From contig LYSW01000004.1 of assembly GCA_001657295.1 (NCBI GenBank), forward strand, positions 3,414 through 67,413: DNA of 64,000 nt, read 5' to 3'. The notes under the pieces were generated by a model. That model did not search any database. It was given only the letters and a program-made list of their open reading frames with translations, and was not told where the DNA came from. Below are positions 8,704 to 18,816 of the stretch, in pieces. This stretch comes from Oceanicaulis sp. BBD 1991-10. GTDB taxonomy: Bacteria; Pseudomonadota; Alphaproteobacteria; Caulobacterales; Maricaulaceae. Within the stretch, counting starts at the first letter, position 1; each line of letters opens with the position of its first letter. The translations under genes and the position numbers were made by a program.

Positions 8704-9948
8704 ATGAGCGACGCGCCGTCCAATCATTTCACTCATCTTGAATGCTCAATGACCGGCGCCGTTTTGCCCAATGACCGCGCACAGAATCTGTCGCCGGAAG
8801 GCTGGCCGCTCCTGGCCCGTTATGATCTGGACTCGATGAAGGCGAGCGCCGACCGCGACGCGATCGCTGCGCGAGACGGTGTTTGCTTTCCAGGTTTCTG
8901 GAAGTGGCGCGAGCTGTTGCCGGTGAAGGACGACGCCCATGTCACCACCCTTGGCGAAGTCGACACGCCGCTCATCCTGACCCGCGCGACGGCGGACAAG
9001 ATCGGCCTGAAGGGCGCGCTCTTGGTCAAGGATGAAGGCCGCCTGCCCACCGGCAGCTTCAAGGCCCGGGGGCTGGGCATGGCGGTGTCCATGGCGCGGT
9101 CCTTCGGCGTGACACGGATGGCGATGCCGACCAACGGCAATGCGGGCGCCGCCTTGTCCGCCTATGGCGCGGCGGCGGGCATGGAGACCTATGCCTTCTG
9201 CCCGGAAGACACCCCGGATGTGAATGTCCGCGAGATCTCCGCCCAGGGCGGCAAGGTGTTCCGCGTCAATGGATTGATCCATGAATGCGGCGCCATTGTC
9301 GGCGCCCTGAAGGAGGAGATGGGCTGGTTCGACGTCTCGACGCTCAAAGAGCCCTATCGGATCGAAGGCAAGAAAACGATGGGGATCGAGCTGGCCTGTC
9401 AGCTGGGCTGGACCCTGCCTGACGCGATCTTCTATCCCACCGGCGGCGGCACGGGCCTGATCGGCATGTGGAAGGCGTTCGATGAGATGGAGCGCCTGGG
9501 ATGGATCGGGCCGGAGCGTCCGAAGATGTTCGCCGTCCAGGCGGATGGCTGCGCGCCCATCGTCAAGGCCTTTGAGGCCGGCGAGGAGCATGCGCCGGAG
9601 TGGGTCGGCGCCCATACCTTCGCCGCGGGGATCCGGGTCCCCAAAGCGATCGGCGACTTCCTGATCCTGCGCGCCGTCCGGGACAGCGGGGGCGCCGCGA
9701 TCGCCGTCAGCGACGCCCGGATCGAAGCGGCGCGCGACCTTTGCGCCCATGAAGACGGCTTGCTGCTTTGCCCGGAAGGCGCGGCGACCCTGGCGGCGGC
9801 GCAACAGGCGCTGGCGGACGGACAGATCGAGAAAGACGCGCGCGTCATGCTTTTCAATTGCGGCTCCGGATTGAAATACCCCCTGCCCGACACCTCGAAA
9901 TGGTTGGATCGCACACAACCTATAACTGCAAACCTGCTCGCTGACTGA
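8704..9948 (+). CDS. thrC: threonine synthase (PLP-dependent, TrpB-like fold)
   Basis: PLP-lysine context TGSFKARG and a glycine loop PTGGGTG. I chose the internal ATG at 8704 to avoid overlapping the divergent VOC gene. Confidence 0.75.
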   Translation: MSDAPSNHFTHLECSMTGAVLPNDRAQNLSPEGWPLLARYDLDSMKASADRDAIAARDGVCFPGFWKWRELLPVKDDAHVTTLGEVDTPLILTRATADKIGLKGALLVKDEGRLPTGSFKARGLGMAVSMARSFGVTRMAMPTNGNAGAALSAYGAAAGMETYAFCPEDTPDVNVREISAQGGKVFRVNGLIHECGAIVGALKEEMGWFDVSTLKEPYRIEGKKTMGIELACQLGWTLPDAIFYPTGGGTGLIGMWKAFDEMERLGWIGPERPKMFAVQADGCAPIVKAFEAGEEHAPEWVGAHTFAAGIRVPKAIGDFLILRAVRDSGGAAIAVSDARIEAARDLCAHEDGLLLCPEGAATLAAAQQALADGQIEKDARVMLFNCGSGLKYPLPDTSKWLDRTQPITANLLAD

Positions 9949-10030
9949 GCAAAAGTGGCTTCCTCCCTCTACACGGGCCGCGAACGCGGCTACAGGGATT
10001 AACCCGCTCCCCTCGCGCAGGGTTCCTGTC

Positions 10031-11326
10031 ATGGATCAGGCCGCGTCTTCAAACCAAGCGCCCCGCGTCGGCGCGACAGCCTGGTCGGCCCTGGGCGTCC
10101 TTCTGATCGTCTATCTGGTCAATTTCATGGACCGGCAGTTGTTCGCCGTCCTGCAGGAGTCGATCCGCGCGGATCTGAACTTGAATGATCGGCAGCTGGC
10201 GCTGCTGGGCGGCACCATGTTCGCGATCTTCTACGCCACGATGGGTCTGCCCATCGCCTGGCTGGCGGATCGGACCAATCGAATCCGCTTGATCGCCATC
10301 GCCTGCAGCGTCTGGAGCCTGTTCACCGCGCTTTCCGGACTCGCCTCCAATTTCCTTCAAATGGCGTTGGCCCGGATCGGCGTCGCGACCGGCGAAGCCG
10401 GCGGCGTGGCGCCGTCCTATTCAGTTCTTTCGGACTATTTTCCGCCGGCGCGCCGGGGTCTGGCCATCGGCATCTTCACGGTCGGCGCCCCCTTGGGATT
10501 GATGGCCGGAACCTTTCTGGGAGCCTGGATCGCGGATGCGTTGTCCTGGCGCTGGGCCTTCATTCTGCTCGGTCTGCCGGGGGTCGTGTTGTCGCTGGCG
10601 TTGATCGCGGTGGTGCGCGAGCCGGTTCGAGGCCGCTTCGATACGCCAAACCAGGCGACCGCGCCGGCGCCGAAGCCGCTTGAAGCGATCCGGGCGGTCC
10701 TTGCGTCCCCCAGCCTGATGCTGCTGACCTTCGGCGCCGCCGCGACCTCGTTCGCAGGCTATGGGCTGTACCAGTGGATTCCGTCATTTCTGCAGCGCAG
10801 CCAGGGATTGGGCCTGGACGAGGTGCGAACGCTGCTGAGCCCGCTCTTCCTGCTGGGCATCATCGGCGCCATCGGGGGCGGCTGGGTCGCCGATCGTTTC
10901 GGACGCAAGCATCCTGCGGCATACGCCTTGGTGCCCGCCATCACGATCGCCGCCGGCGCGCCGCTTTTTCTCGCCGCCATGCTCGTCACCGACGGTCGCC
11001 TGAGTCTGGTCCTCCTGGCGGTTCCGATCATGCTTGGATACGCCTGGCTCGGCCCGGGACTGGCGGCGGCTCAAACCCTGACGCGACCGGCCATGCGGGC
11101 CACGGTCGCCGCGGTCATCGGCTTTTTCAACAATCTGATCGGCATCGGGCTGGGCCCGCTCTTCATCGGCGCGATCTCCGACACGCTGACCCCGAGCCTG
11201 GGCGCGGGTGAAGCGCTCCGGGTCGCGCTGGCCTGCGGGGTCGCCGTCTTCCTGCTCGCCGCCGGGCTGTTCGCCGCAGCCGCTTTCACCTTGAAGCGCG
11301 ATCTCGAGCGCATGTCGCAGGCTTGA
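10031..11326 (+). CDS. MFS transporter (Spinster-like subfamily)
   Basis: 431-aa ORF with about 12 hydrophobic segments and an N-terminal LLIVYLVNFMDRQLFAVL motif. Confidence 0.8.
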   Translation: MDQAASSNQAPRVGATAWSALGVLLIVYLVNFMDRQLFAVLQESIRADLNLNDRQLALLGGTMFAIFYATMGLPIAWLADRTNRIRLIAIACSVWSLFTALSGLASNFLQMALARIGVATGEAGGVAPSYSVLSDYFPPARRGLAIGIFTVGAPLGLMAGTFLGAWIADALSWRWAFILLGLPGVVLSLALIAVVREPVRGRFDTPNQATAPAPKPLEAIRAVLASPSLMLLTFGAAATSFAGYGLYQWIPSFLQRSQGLGLDEVRTLLSPLFLLGIIGAIGGGWVADRFGRKHPAAYALVPAITIAAGAPLFLAAMLVTDGRLSLVLLAVPIMLGYAWLGPGLAAAQTLTRPAMRATVAAVIGFFNNLIGIGLGPLFIGAISDTLTPSLGAGEALRVALACGVAVFLLAAGLFAAAAFTLKRDLERMSQA

Positions 11327-11386
11327 CAGGTCCGGGCCCGGCGCGCCACCTGCGCGCCATCCATCCGACCCAATAAGGCTGCGCCC

Positions 11387-12691
11387 ATGATCCCGCGCTA
11401 TACCCGTCCGCAAATGGCCGAAATCTGGTCGCCGGACTCCAAATATCGCATCTGGTTTGAAATTGAGGCGCACGCCACCGACAAGCTCGCGGAGCTGGGC
11501 GTGGTCCCGGAGGCCGCGGCGAAAGCGGTCTGGAAAGCCAGAGACATGCGTTTCGACGTCGCCCGGATCGACGAGATCGAGCGCGAGGTCAAACACGATG
11601 TCATCGCCTTTCTCACACATCTCGCCGAACTGGTCGGAGAGGATGCGCGCTTCGTCCACCAGGGCCTGACCAGTTCAGACGTGTTGGACACCTGCCTGGC
11701 GGTCCAGCTCACCCGCAGCACGGACCTGCTCTTGGACGGCCTCGACCGCGTGCTCGCCGCGCTCAAGACGCGCGCCTTCGAGCATAAGACGACGACCTGC
11801 ATCGGCCGGTCCCACGGCATCCATGCCGAACCGACGACGATGGGATTGAAATTCGCGCGCTTTTACGCCGAATTCGCCCGCAATCGAGAGCGGCTGGTCC
11901 AGGCGCGGTCCGAAATCGCCACCTGCGCCATCTCCGGCGCGGTTGGAACCTTCGCCAATGTCGACCCCAGCGTGGAGGCCCATGTCGCCCGGCAGCTGGG
12001 ATTGACGGTGGAGCCGGTCTCCACCCAGGTCATTCCCCGGGACCGCCATGCGGCCTTCTTCGCCGCGCTGGGGCTGATCGCGTCAGCGATTGAAAACCTG
12101 GCCGTCGAGGTGCGTCATCTGCAGCGCTCCGAGGTGCGCGAGGCGCAGGAATATTTCTCCAAAGGGCAAAAAGGCTCCTCCGCCATGCCCCATAAGCGCA
12201 ACCCGATCCTGACCGAAAACCTGACGGGGCTGGCTCGTCTGGTGCGGTCGGCGGTGACCCCGGCCATGGAGAATGTGGCGCTCTGGCACGAGCGGGATAT
12301 CTCGCATTCCTCGGTCGAGCGCGGCATCGGGCCGGACGCCTGCGTCCACCTGGATTTCGCCCTGCACCGCACCGCGTCGATGATCGAAGGTCTGATCGTG
12401 CATGCGGACCGCTGCCGGCAGAATCTCGAGGCCTATGGCGGCATCCACAACTCCCAGCGGGTTCTGCTCGCCCTGACCCAGGCCGGCGCCAGCCGCGAAG
12501 ATGGATACCGCCTGGTCCAGCGCAACGGCATGAAGACCTGGGATGAAGGCGGCCTGCTGGCCGGGCACCTGAAGGCTGATCCGGAAGTGCGCGAACTCCT
12601 TTCGGAAGCCGAGATCGAAGCCTGTTTCAATGAGGGCTATCACCTCAAACATGTCGATACGATCTTCGCGCGGGTGTTTGGCGAAAACTGA
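11387..12691 (+). CDS. purB: adenylosuccinate lyase
   Basis: MIPRYTRPQMAEIWS... is a PurB N-terminus. The fumarate-lyase signature SSAMPHKRNP is present. Confidence 0.92.
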   Translation: MIPRYTRPQMAEIWSPDSKYRIWFEIEAHATDKLAELGVVPEAAAKAVWKARDMRFDVARIDEIEREVKHDVIAFLTHLAELVGEDARFVHQGLTSSDVLDTCLAVQLTRSTDLLLDGLDRVLAALKTRAFEHKTTTCIGRSHGIHAEPTTMGLKFARFYAEFARNRERLVQARSEIATCAISGAVGTFANVDPSVEAHVARQLGLTVEPVSTQVIPRDRHAAFFAALGLIASAIENLAVEVRHLQRSEVREAQEYFSKGQKGSSAMPHKRNPILTENLTGLARLVRSAVTPAMENVALWHERDISHSSVERGIGPDACVHLDFALHRTASMIEGLIVHADRCRQNLEAYGGIHNSQRVLLALTQAGASREDGYRLVQRNGMKTWDEGGLLAGHLKADPEVRELLSEAEIEACFNEGYHLKHVDTIFARVFGEN

Positions 12692-12767
12692 GGCGCGAAC
12701 GCCGGTCAATTTGAGCGATTGAGCTGATCAGCGTATACTCAAGGCTCGCGTCATTTGCGGGCCGCCC

Positions 12768-13754
12768 ATGATCCTGTCAGCTGGAATTGGGGCCTTGCTC
12801 GCCTTGGCGGCCATCGCCGGCACGCCCGAACCGCAAGGTGAGCCAGACGCCTCCCCTCTCCTGACGCCGCAATCCAGCGGCGCCGTGACCACGATTGCGC
12901 TTGGTCATGGCGAATTCGGACAATTCACTCTGCCGGTCTCGCTGGGACGAGCGGTCCGATTGGGCGACGGTTCGGCGAGCGAGACGGTGCCGTTTTTATT
13001 GGACACCGGCGCAAACGTCTCCGCTCTGCCCCATCAGATCGCCGCTCAACTCACGCCTGCGGAGCATCTGGCGCCGGATCTTACAGGCCACGCGCTGACC
13101 AGCCCCTTCCCGACCAATCGCTTTTTCGTGGAAGGTTTCGATTACGGATTGGGTCCGCGCACGGTTGAAGCCGCAGTGCTGCCTGAAGGCATCGATTCCG
13201 TCCTGGGCGCCACCGGCGTGCTCGGGCTCAACGCCTTAAAGGGCGAACGTGTCGAGATCGATTTTCCGAATGCGCAATTGCGGATCGGCGGCCGGGGCGA
13301 GATCGCCCGGCACCTCGAGATTGATCCGCATCTTGATCTCATCCGCGGTTTCGCGCGCATTCCCGGCGTCCGGCGCCCGGTGAACGTGCTGATTGATTCC
13401 GGCGCATCGGCCTCGGTCATCAATCCGTCGCTCGCGCGGCTCGCCCGAGGCCGGACCGCTCGCGATAGCCTGGTCATCTACGGCGTGTCGGGCGACTGGC
13501 CGGATCGGGCCAACCGACGGCGTTATGTGCGCGGTCTGAGTTTAGGCGATCTGTGTCTGGAAGCGTTCTGGATCTCGATCGCCGACCTTTACGCCTTTGA
13601 GACGCAGGGATGGGACCGGGAGCCGGCCATGATAATCGGCGCCGATATCCTGCAGCACGCCCGCATTGAGATCGATCCGGTCACACAGGCGGTCTCAATC
13701 GAAGGCGCTGGCGAATTCAGCTGCCGGCGGCGCCGCCTCGGACGTTGGAGCTGA
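12768..13754 (+). CDS. secreted two-lobed retropepsin-like aspartic protease
   Basis: N-terminal hydrophobic signal, plus two separate active-site motifs: LLDTGANVS in the first half and LIDSGASAS in the second. Confidence 0.7.
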   Translation: MILSAGIGALLALAAIAGTPEPQGEPDASPLLTPQSSGAVTTIALGHGEFGQFTLPVSLGRAVRLGDGSASETVPFLLDTGANVSALPHQIAAQLTPAEHLAPDLTGHALTSPFPTNRFFVEGFDYGLGPRTVEAAVLPEGIDSVLGATGVLGLNALKGERVEIDFPNAQLRIGGRGEIARHLEIDPHLDLIRGFARIPGVRRPVNVLIDSGASASVINPSLARLARGRTARDSLVIYGVSGDWPDRANRRRYVRGLSLGDLCLEAFWISIADLYAFETQGWDREPAMIIGADILQHARIEIDPVTQAVSIEGAGEFSCRRRRLGRWS

Positions 13755-13776
13755 CCGGCGGGCTGGGCGCGCCGGT

Positions 13777-14160
13777 TCACGGCAATAGCTTGGCGCGCAG
13801 CTTTGAATCGGGAATCCCGCACATATCCCGCCGACCGAACCAGGCGATCCGATGACTTGCGACCAATCTGTAGAGCGGCTCGCGCAGGACGCGTGGAATC
13901 AGCTGACCGATCCGCGTCAGCGGTCCCCAGGGCGCTGAGAGATGACGGCCCGCGCGGATGATCGCGTCGGATCCGGTCAGCGTGTCTTCGCCGTCAATCA
14001 GCAACCAGCTCCAGGGATCGCCGGGATCCAGGCCATGGCGCTCAAGCAGCGCAGCGCCGGTCGCCGACTGAATTGTCGCGATGCGGAAGACGTCGTGCCG
14101 GTCATGGTGCGCGATGGTGCGCGCGCCCCAGCTGCACAGCGCGCACTCGCCATCCATCAC
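13777..14160 (-). CDS. thiol-disulfide oxidoreductase, DCC family (DUF393)
   Basis: DGECALC redox motif near the N-terminus. The only canonical start is the GTG at 14160, although family-like residues (AIVLV) are encoded in frame just upstream, so the start is uncertain. Confidence 0.65.
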   Translation of the reverse strand: MMDGECALCSWGARTIAHHDRHDVFRIATIQSATGAALLERHGLDPGDPWSWLLIDGEDTLTGSDAIIRAGRHLSAPWGPLTRIGQLIPRVLREPLYRLVASHRIAWFGRRDMCGIPDSKLRAKLLP

Positions 14161-14216
14161 CAGGACGATAGCTTCCCGATGCGTTGTTGGCGCTGGCGCG
14201 GCCGGATCAGGCAGCG

Positions 14217-14540
14217 TCAGGCCTCGTTGCGAACCTGGGTGCGGGCGTCTTCCAGCAGCTGATCCATCCGATGGCGGATCTGGTGATCGGACTGTTCAAC
14301 GCCGCGCGCGTCCAGATCGCCGCGAATTTTGCGGAAGACGTCTTCATGGCCGGCTTCTTCAAAGTCCGCGAGGACCACTTCCTTGGCGTAGGCGTCCGCC
14401 TCATCGCCGGAAATGCCCATCAGCTCGGCCGCCCAGAGCCCTAACAGCTTGTTGCGGCGCGCGACGGCCTTGAATTCCATTTCCTGGTCGTGGGCGTACT
14501 GGCCCTCAAAAGCGTTTTCACGATCATCGAAGCCGGACAT
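14217..14540 (-). CDS. DUF1476 protein, zeta-subunit-type inhibitor of F1Fo-ATPase
   Basis: 107 aa. FDDRENAFEGQYAHDQEMEFKAVARRNKLLGLWAAELMG...EDVFRKI closely resembles the Paracoccus zeta subunit family. Confidence 0.8.
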   Translation of the reverse strand: MSGFDDRENAFEGQYAHDQEMEFKAVARRNKLLGLWAAELMGISGDEADAYAKEVVLADFEEAGHEDVFRKIRGDLDARGVEQSDHQIRHRMDQLLEDARTQVRNEA

Positions 14541-14666
14541 GAAATCCTCGTGCAGTTGATATGCCTGTCCTATTCCAAGTAGCGAAGCCCGGGCCTTGGT
14601 TCAATGTGAATAAGCGGCGCACCCTGCCGGTTGCCGCAGCCTGCGCAGGCGGCGTATTATCGATGC

Positions 14667-14700
14667 GCGGCTCGTGGTCACGGGCCGCATCGTTGTTTTT
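14667..14700 (+). promoter_or_regulatory. terminator-like hairpin plus T-tract in the purC leader (possible attenuator)
   Basis: GCGGCTCG-loop-CGGGCCGC, about 8-10 bp, followed by ATCGTTGTTTTT and located 36 nt before the purC ATG. It is preceded by the palindrome GCCTGCGCAGGC at 14639..14650. Confidence 0.3.
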
Positions 14701-14735
14701 GGGCGCTTCGCCCCGCTTCCGTGATTGAAACCGAT

Positions 14736-15497
14736 ATGTCCCGCCGCAAAAAGCTGTACGAAGGCAAGGCCAAGATTCTCTACGAGGGTCCCGAGCCCGG
14801 CACCCTGGTCGCCTATTTCAAGGACGACGCCACCGCCTTCAACGCCCAGAAGAAAGCAGTGCTGGAGGGCAAGGGCGTTCTGAATAATCGCATCAGCGAA
14901 TACATCATGGCGCACCTCAACCGCATGGGCGTGCCGACCCATTTCATCAAGCGCCTGAACATGCGCGAGCAGCTGGTGCGCGAAGCGGAGATCATCCCGC
15001 TGGAAGTGGTGGTCCGCAATGTCGCCGCCGGCTCGATCGTCAAGCGCTTCGGCCTGACCGAGGGCGACGCCCTGCCCCGCTCCATCGTCGAGTTTTACTA
15101 CAAGAATGACGCGCTGCAGGACCCGCTCGTGGGCGAGGAACACATCACGGCGTTCAACTGGGCGACCACCCAGGACATCGACGACATGATCGCCCTGGCC
15201 CTGCGGGTCAATGATTTCGTTTCCGGCCTGTTCGCGGCCGCGAATATCCGCCTGGTCGACTTCAAGCTGGAATTCGGCCGCATCTATGATCAAAACGAGA
15301 TGATGCGGATCATCCTGGCGGACGAAATCAGCCCGGACAGCTGCCGGCTCTGGGACATGGAGTCCAACGAAAAAATGGACAAGGACCGCTTCCGCAGCGA
15401 TCTGGGTCATGTCACCGAAGCCTATGCAGAGGTGGCGCGCCGGCTGGGAATCATTAAAGAGGCGGCTGTGGTCAATCTCGATGAGGCCAAGTCATGA
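14736..15497 (+). CDS. purC: phosphoribosylaminoimidazole-succinocarboxamide (SAICAR) synthase
   Basis: [18 protein letters not shown]... is a PurC N-terminus. I chose the internal ATG at 14736 of ORF 14631..15497. Confidence 0.92.
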   Translation: MSRRKKLYEGKAKILYEGPEPGTLVAYFKDDATAFNAQKKAVLEGKGVLNNRISEYIMAHLNRMGVPTHFIKRLNMREQLVREAEIIPLEVVVRNVAAGSIVKRFGLTEGDALPRSIVEFYYKNDALQDPLVGEEHITAFNWATTQDIDDMIALALRVNDFVSGLFAAANIRLVDFKLEFGRIYDQNEMMRIILADEISPDSCRLWDMESNEKMDKDRFRSDLGHVTEAYAEVARRLGIIKEAAVVNLDEAKS

Positions 15498-15736
15498 AAG
15501 CGCGCGTCCACGTCTATCTCAAACCCGGCGTTCTCGACCCCCAGGGTCAGGCGGTCGCCACCTCGCTCAATCATCTCGGATTTGACGAGGTCAGCGCGGC
15601 CCGTCAGGGCAAATATATCGAGCTGGATCTCGACACCGCCGACGCCGAAGAGGCCCATAAGCGGGTCGCGGAGATGTGCGATAAGCTGCTCGCCAATCCG
15701 GTGATCGAAAATTACGACATCGAGCTGAGCGCTTGA
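15494..15736 (+). CDS. purS: FGAM synthase subunit PurS
   Basis: 80 aa with KPGVLDPQG. The start overlaps the purC stop (ATGA). Confidence 0.9.
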   Translation: MKARVHVYLKPGVLDPQGQAVATSLNHLGFDEVSAARQGKYIELDLDTADAEEAHKRVAEMCDKLLANPVIENYDIELSA

Positions 15737-15786
15737 GGCGTTAACCGATCTCGCCAAGCGGGCCTCACCCTGCTAAAGCGCGGCCC

Positions 15787-16452
15787 ATGAAAAGCGCTGT
15801 CATTGTCTACCCCGGCTCAAACTGCGACCGCGATGCGGCCGTAGCGATTGAGCGCGTCACCGGAACCGCGCCGGCCATGGTCTGGCACGGTGATACGGCC
15901 CTGCCCGAAGGCCTTGATTTCATTATGGTGCCGGGCGGGTTTTCCTATGGCGACTATCTGCGCTGCGGCGCCATCGCGGCGCGCTCGCCGATCACCGCGG
16001 ACCTCGTCAATCAGGCTGAAGCCGGCGTGCCGATTCTCGGCGTGTGCAACGGCTTTCAGATTTTGATCGAGGCGGGCCTTCTGCCCGGGGCCTTGATGCG
16101 CAATGAGGGCCTGCATTTCGTCTGCGAACGCGCGCCGCTTCTGGTGGAGACGGCGAATACCCGTTTCACGTCGGCCTATGGCGACGAGAAAGCGCTGATC
16201 ATCCCGATCGCTCACCATGACGGCAATTATTTCGCCGACGCCGAGACGCTGGACCGGCTGGAAGGCGAGGGTCAGGTGGCGTTTCGCTACGGCGCCAATC
16301 CCAACGGCTCGGCGCGCGACATCGCCGGGATCACCAACGCCGCCGGCAACGTGCTGGGCATGATGCCCCACCCCGAACGTGCGGTGGACCGCGACCATGG
16401 CGGCACGGACGGCGTGAAGCTGTTTGAAAGCGTGATGGGGAGCGTGCAATGA
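15787..16452 (+). CDS. purQ: FGAM synthase glutamine amidotransferase subunit
   Basis: GVCNGFQ nucleophile elbow and MPHPER motif. Confidence 0.92.
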   Translation: MKSAVIVYPGSNCDRDAAVAIERVTGTAPAMVWHGDTALPEGLDFIMVPGGFSYGDYLRCGAIAARSPITADLVNQAEAGVPILGVCNGFQILIEAGLLPGALMRNEGLHFVCERAPLLVETANTRFTSAYGDEKALIIPIAHHDGNYFADAETLDRLEGEGQVAFRYGANPNGSARDIAGITNAAGNVLGMMPHPERAVDRDHGGTDGVKLFESVMGSVQ

Positions 16453-18692
16453 CCGAGACTGACACGCCCCGATACGCCGACGGGATCACCGAAGAGATCG
16501 CGCTCGAGCACGTCACGGCGGATGAGTATGAGATCATCCTCAAAGAGCTCGGCCGGGCGCCGAATCTGGTGGAGCTGGGCATTTTCTCGGTGATGTGGTC
16601 GGAGCATTGCTCCTACAAATCCTCGCGCCTGCACCTGGCGAAATTCCCGACCGACGGCGAGAAAGTCATCTACGGCCCCGGTGAAAACGCCGGCGTCGTC
16701 GATATCGGCGACGGGCAGGCGGCGATCTTCAAAATGGAGAGCCATAACCACCCCAGCTATATCGAGCCCTATCAAGGCGCGGCGACCGGGGTCGGCGGCA
16801 TTTTGCGCGACGTCTTCACCATGGGCGCGCGGCCGGTGGCCCTCATGAATGCGCTGCGTTTCGGCGCGCCGGATCATCCCAAGACCCGCCAGCTGGTCGC
16901 CGGGGTGACCGCCGGCATCGGCGGCTACGGCAATTGCGTCGGCGTGCCGACCGTGGGCGGGGAGACCAATTTCGACGCCGGGTACAATAATAATATTCTG
17001 GTCAACGCCATGGCCGTCGGCCTGGCGGACGCCGACAAAATCTTCACCGCAGCCGCACGCGAACCGGGCTTTCCGGTGCTATATGTGGGCGCGAAGACCG
17101 GCCGGGACGGCATTCACGGCGCCACCATGGCCAGCGCCGAATTCGGCGAAGGCAGTGAAGAAAAGCGCCCGACGGTCCAGGTCGGCGATCCCTTCACCGA
17201 GAAAAAGCTGATCGAAGCCTGTCTGGAGCTCATGGCCGAGGACGCCATCAGCTCGATCCAGGACATGGGGGCTGCGGGCCTCACCTCCTCCTCGGTCGAG
17301 ATGGCCTCGTCCGGCGGGCTGGGCATCGAACTTGACCTCGATCACGTGCCCCAGCGCGAAGAAGCGATGACGGCGTATGAGATGATGCTCTCGGAAAGCC
17401 AGGAGCGCATGCTCATGATCGTCAAGCCCGGCCGCGAGCCGGTCGCCGAGCGGGTTTTCAAGAAGTGGGACCTTGACGTCGCCACCATCGGTCAGACCGC
17501 CGAGCACGGTCGCCTCGTGCTGCGTCACAAAGGCGAAGTGGTCTGCGATCTGCCGCTCGATCCGATCGGCGAGAACGCCCCGAAATACGACCGTCCTCAC
17601 TTCCCGGCCGAGGCGCGCGCGCAAGTCGATCCGGCGGAGATTCATCAGCCGGAGCATCTCGGCGAGGTGCTGGCCGACCTGATGGCCAGCCCGGACATGG
17701 CGTCAAAGCGCTGGATCTGGAGCCAGTATGACCGTCATGTGATGGCCGACACGGCGGCCTCGTCGGAAGACCCGGCCGACGCCGCCATCGTGCGCGTGCA
17801 CGGCACGAACAAGGCGCTCGCCATCACCACCGACTGCACGCCGCGCTATTGCTATGCCGACCCGTTCGAGGGCGGCAAACAGGTGGTCGCCGAAGCCTGG
17901 CGCAATCTCACCGCTGTCGGCGCCGATCCCATCGCGATCACCGACTGCCTCAATTTCGGCAATCCCGAACGCCCTGAAATCATGGGCCAGTTCGTGGGCT
18001 GCGTGGAAGGCATGGCGGAGGCCTGCAAACAGCTCGACTTCCCGGTCGTATCCGGCAATGTCTCGCTCTATAACGAGACCGACGGCCAGGCGATCCCGCC
18101 GACCCCGGCGGTGGGCGGGCTGGGCCTGATTCCGGACCTGGCGAACCGCGCCGGATTTGGCTGCATGCAGGCCGACGATGTGTTGGTGCTCGTCGGCGAG
18201 ACCACAGGCGCCCTGGGCGCCTCGCTCTTCATGCGCCATGTCGAAGGCAAGGAGACCGGCGCCCCGCCGCGGGTCGATCTGAGGGCCGAAAAACGCAACG
18301 GCGATTTCGTCCGCGCGCAGATCCGCGAAGGCCGCGTCAGCGCAGTGCACGACCTGTCGGACGGCGGCCTCGCCTGTGCAGCGGCGGACATGGCCATGGC
18401 CTCCGGCGTCGGCGTCAAACTGGCCTATGAAGGCCCCCTGCCGCTGTTCGCCTGGATGTTCGGAGAAGATCAGGCCCGCTATCTGATCGCAGCGGACGCG
18501 CAGGCCGCCGGCGCTCTGCTCAGTGAGGCGCGGGAAGCGAAAATTCCCGCCGCCGTCATCGGGCTGGCGGGGGGGCGCTTCGTCTCGATCAATGGCGGCC
18601 ACGCCGTGGACCTGATCCGCCTCAAACAAGGCTATGAAAACTGGATGCCGGCTCTGATGGCCGGAGAACCTGAAGCCCACGTGGCGGAATAG
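16449..18692 (+). CDS. purL: FGAM synthase subunit PurL
   Basis: 747 aa with SEHCSYKSS and ESHNHPS motifs. The start overlaps the purQ stop. Confidence 0.93.
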   Translation: MTETDTPRYADGITEEIALEHVTADEYEIILKELGRAPNLVELGIFSVMWSEHCSYKSSRLHLAKFPTDGEKVIYGPGENAGVVDIGDGQAAIFKMESHNHPSYIEPYQGAATGVGGILRDVFTMGARPVALMNALRFGAPDHPKTRQLVAGVTAGIGGYGNCVGVPTVGGETNFDAGYNNNILVNAMAVGLADADKIFTAAAREPGFPVLYVGAKTGRDGIHGATMASAEFGEGSEEKRPTVQVGDPFTEKKLIEACLELMAEDAISSIQDMGAAGLTSSSVEMASSGGLGIELDLDHVPQREEAMTAYEMMLSESQERMLMIVKPGREPVAERVFKKWDLDVATIGQTAEHGRLVLRHKGEVVCDLPLDPIGENAPKYDRPHFPAEARAQVDPAEIHQPEHLGEVLADLMASPDMASKRWIWSQYDRHVMADTAASSEDPADAAIVRVHGTNKALAITTDCTPRYCYADPFEGGKQVVAEAWRNLTAVGADPIAITDCLNFGNPERPEIMGQFVGCVEGMAEACKQLDFPVVSGNVSLYNETDGQAIPPTPAVGGLGLIPDLANRAGFGCMQADDVLVLVGETTGALGASLFMRHVEGKETGAPPRVDLRAEKRNGDFVRAQIREGRVSAVHDLSDGGLACAAADMAMASGVGVKLAYEGPLPLFAWMFGEDQARYLIAADAQAAGALLSEAREAKIPAAVIGLAGGRFVSINGGHAVDLIRLKQGYENWMPALMAGEPEAHVAE

Positions 18693-18816
18693 GCGCTCAC
18701 GCAAGACGCATCCGTCAGCCCTCCTCCGGACTGTCCGGGGACGCCTCTAGCGTGATGTTTCATCCCACCGGCATATATCACCCGGACGGGCCGGGCCGAA
18801 ACGACGCGTTGCGCCC

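Noticed and set aside
8746-10032. 428-aa minus-strand ORF antisense to threonine synthase
   Set aside because: It has an Arg-rich antisense-type composition, and the plus strand has PLP-enzyme motifs.
14541-14735. Known purine-related riboswitch (ZTP/pfl or purine class) in the purC leader
   Set aside because: I could not find the conserved core sequences of these classes. Only a generic hairpin plus T-tract is present, and that is reported separately as an untested attenuator candidate.
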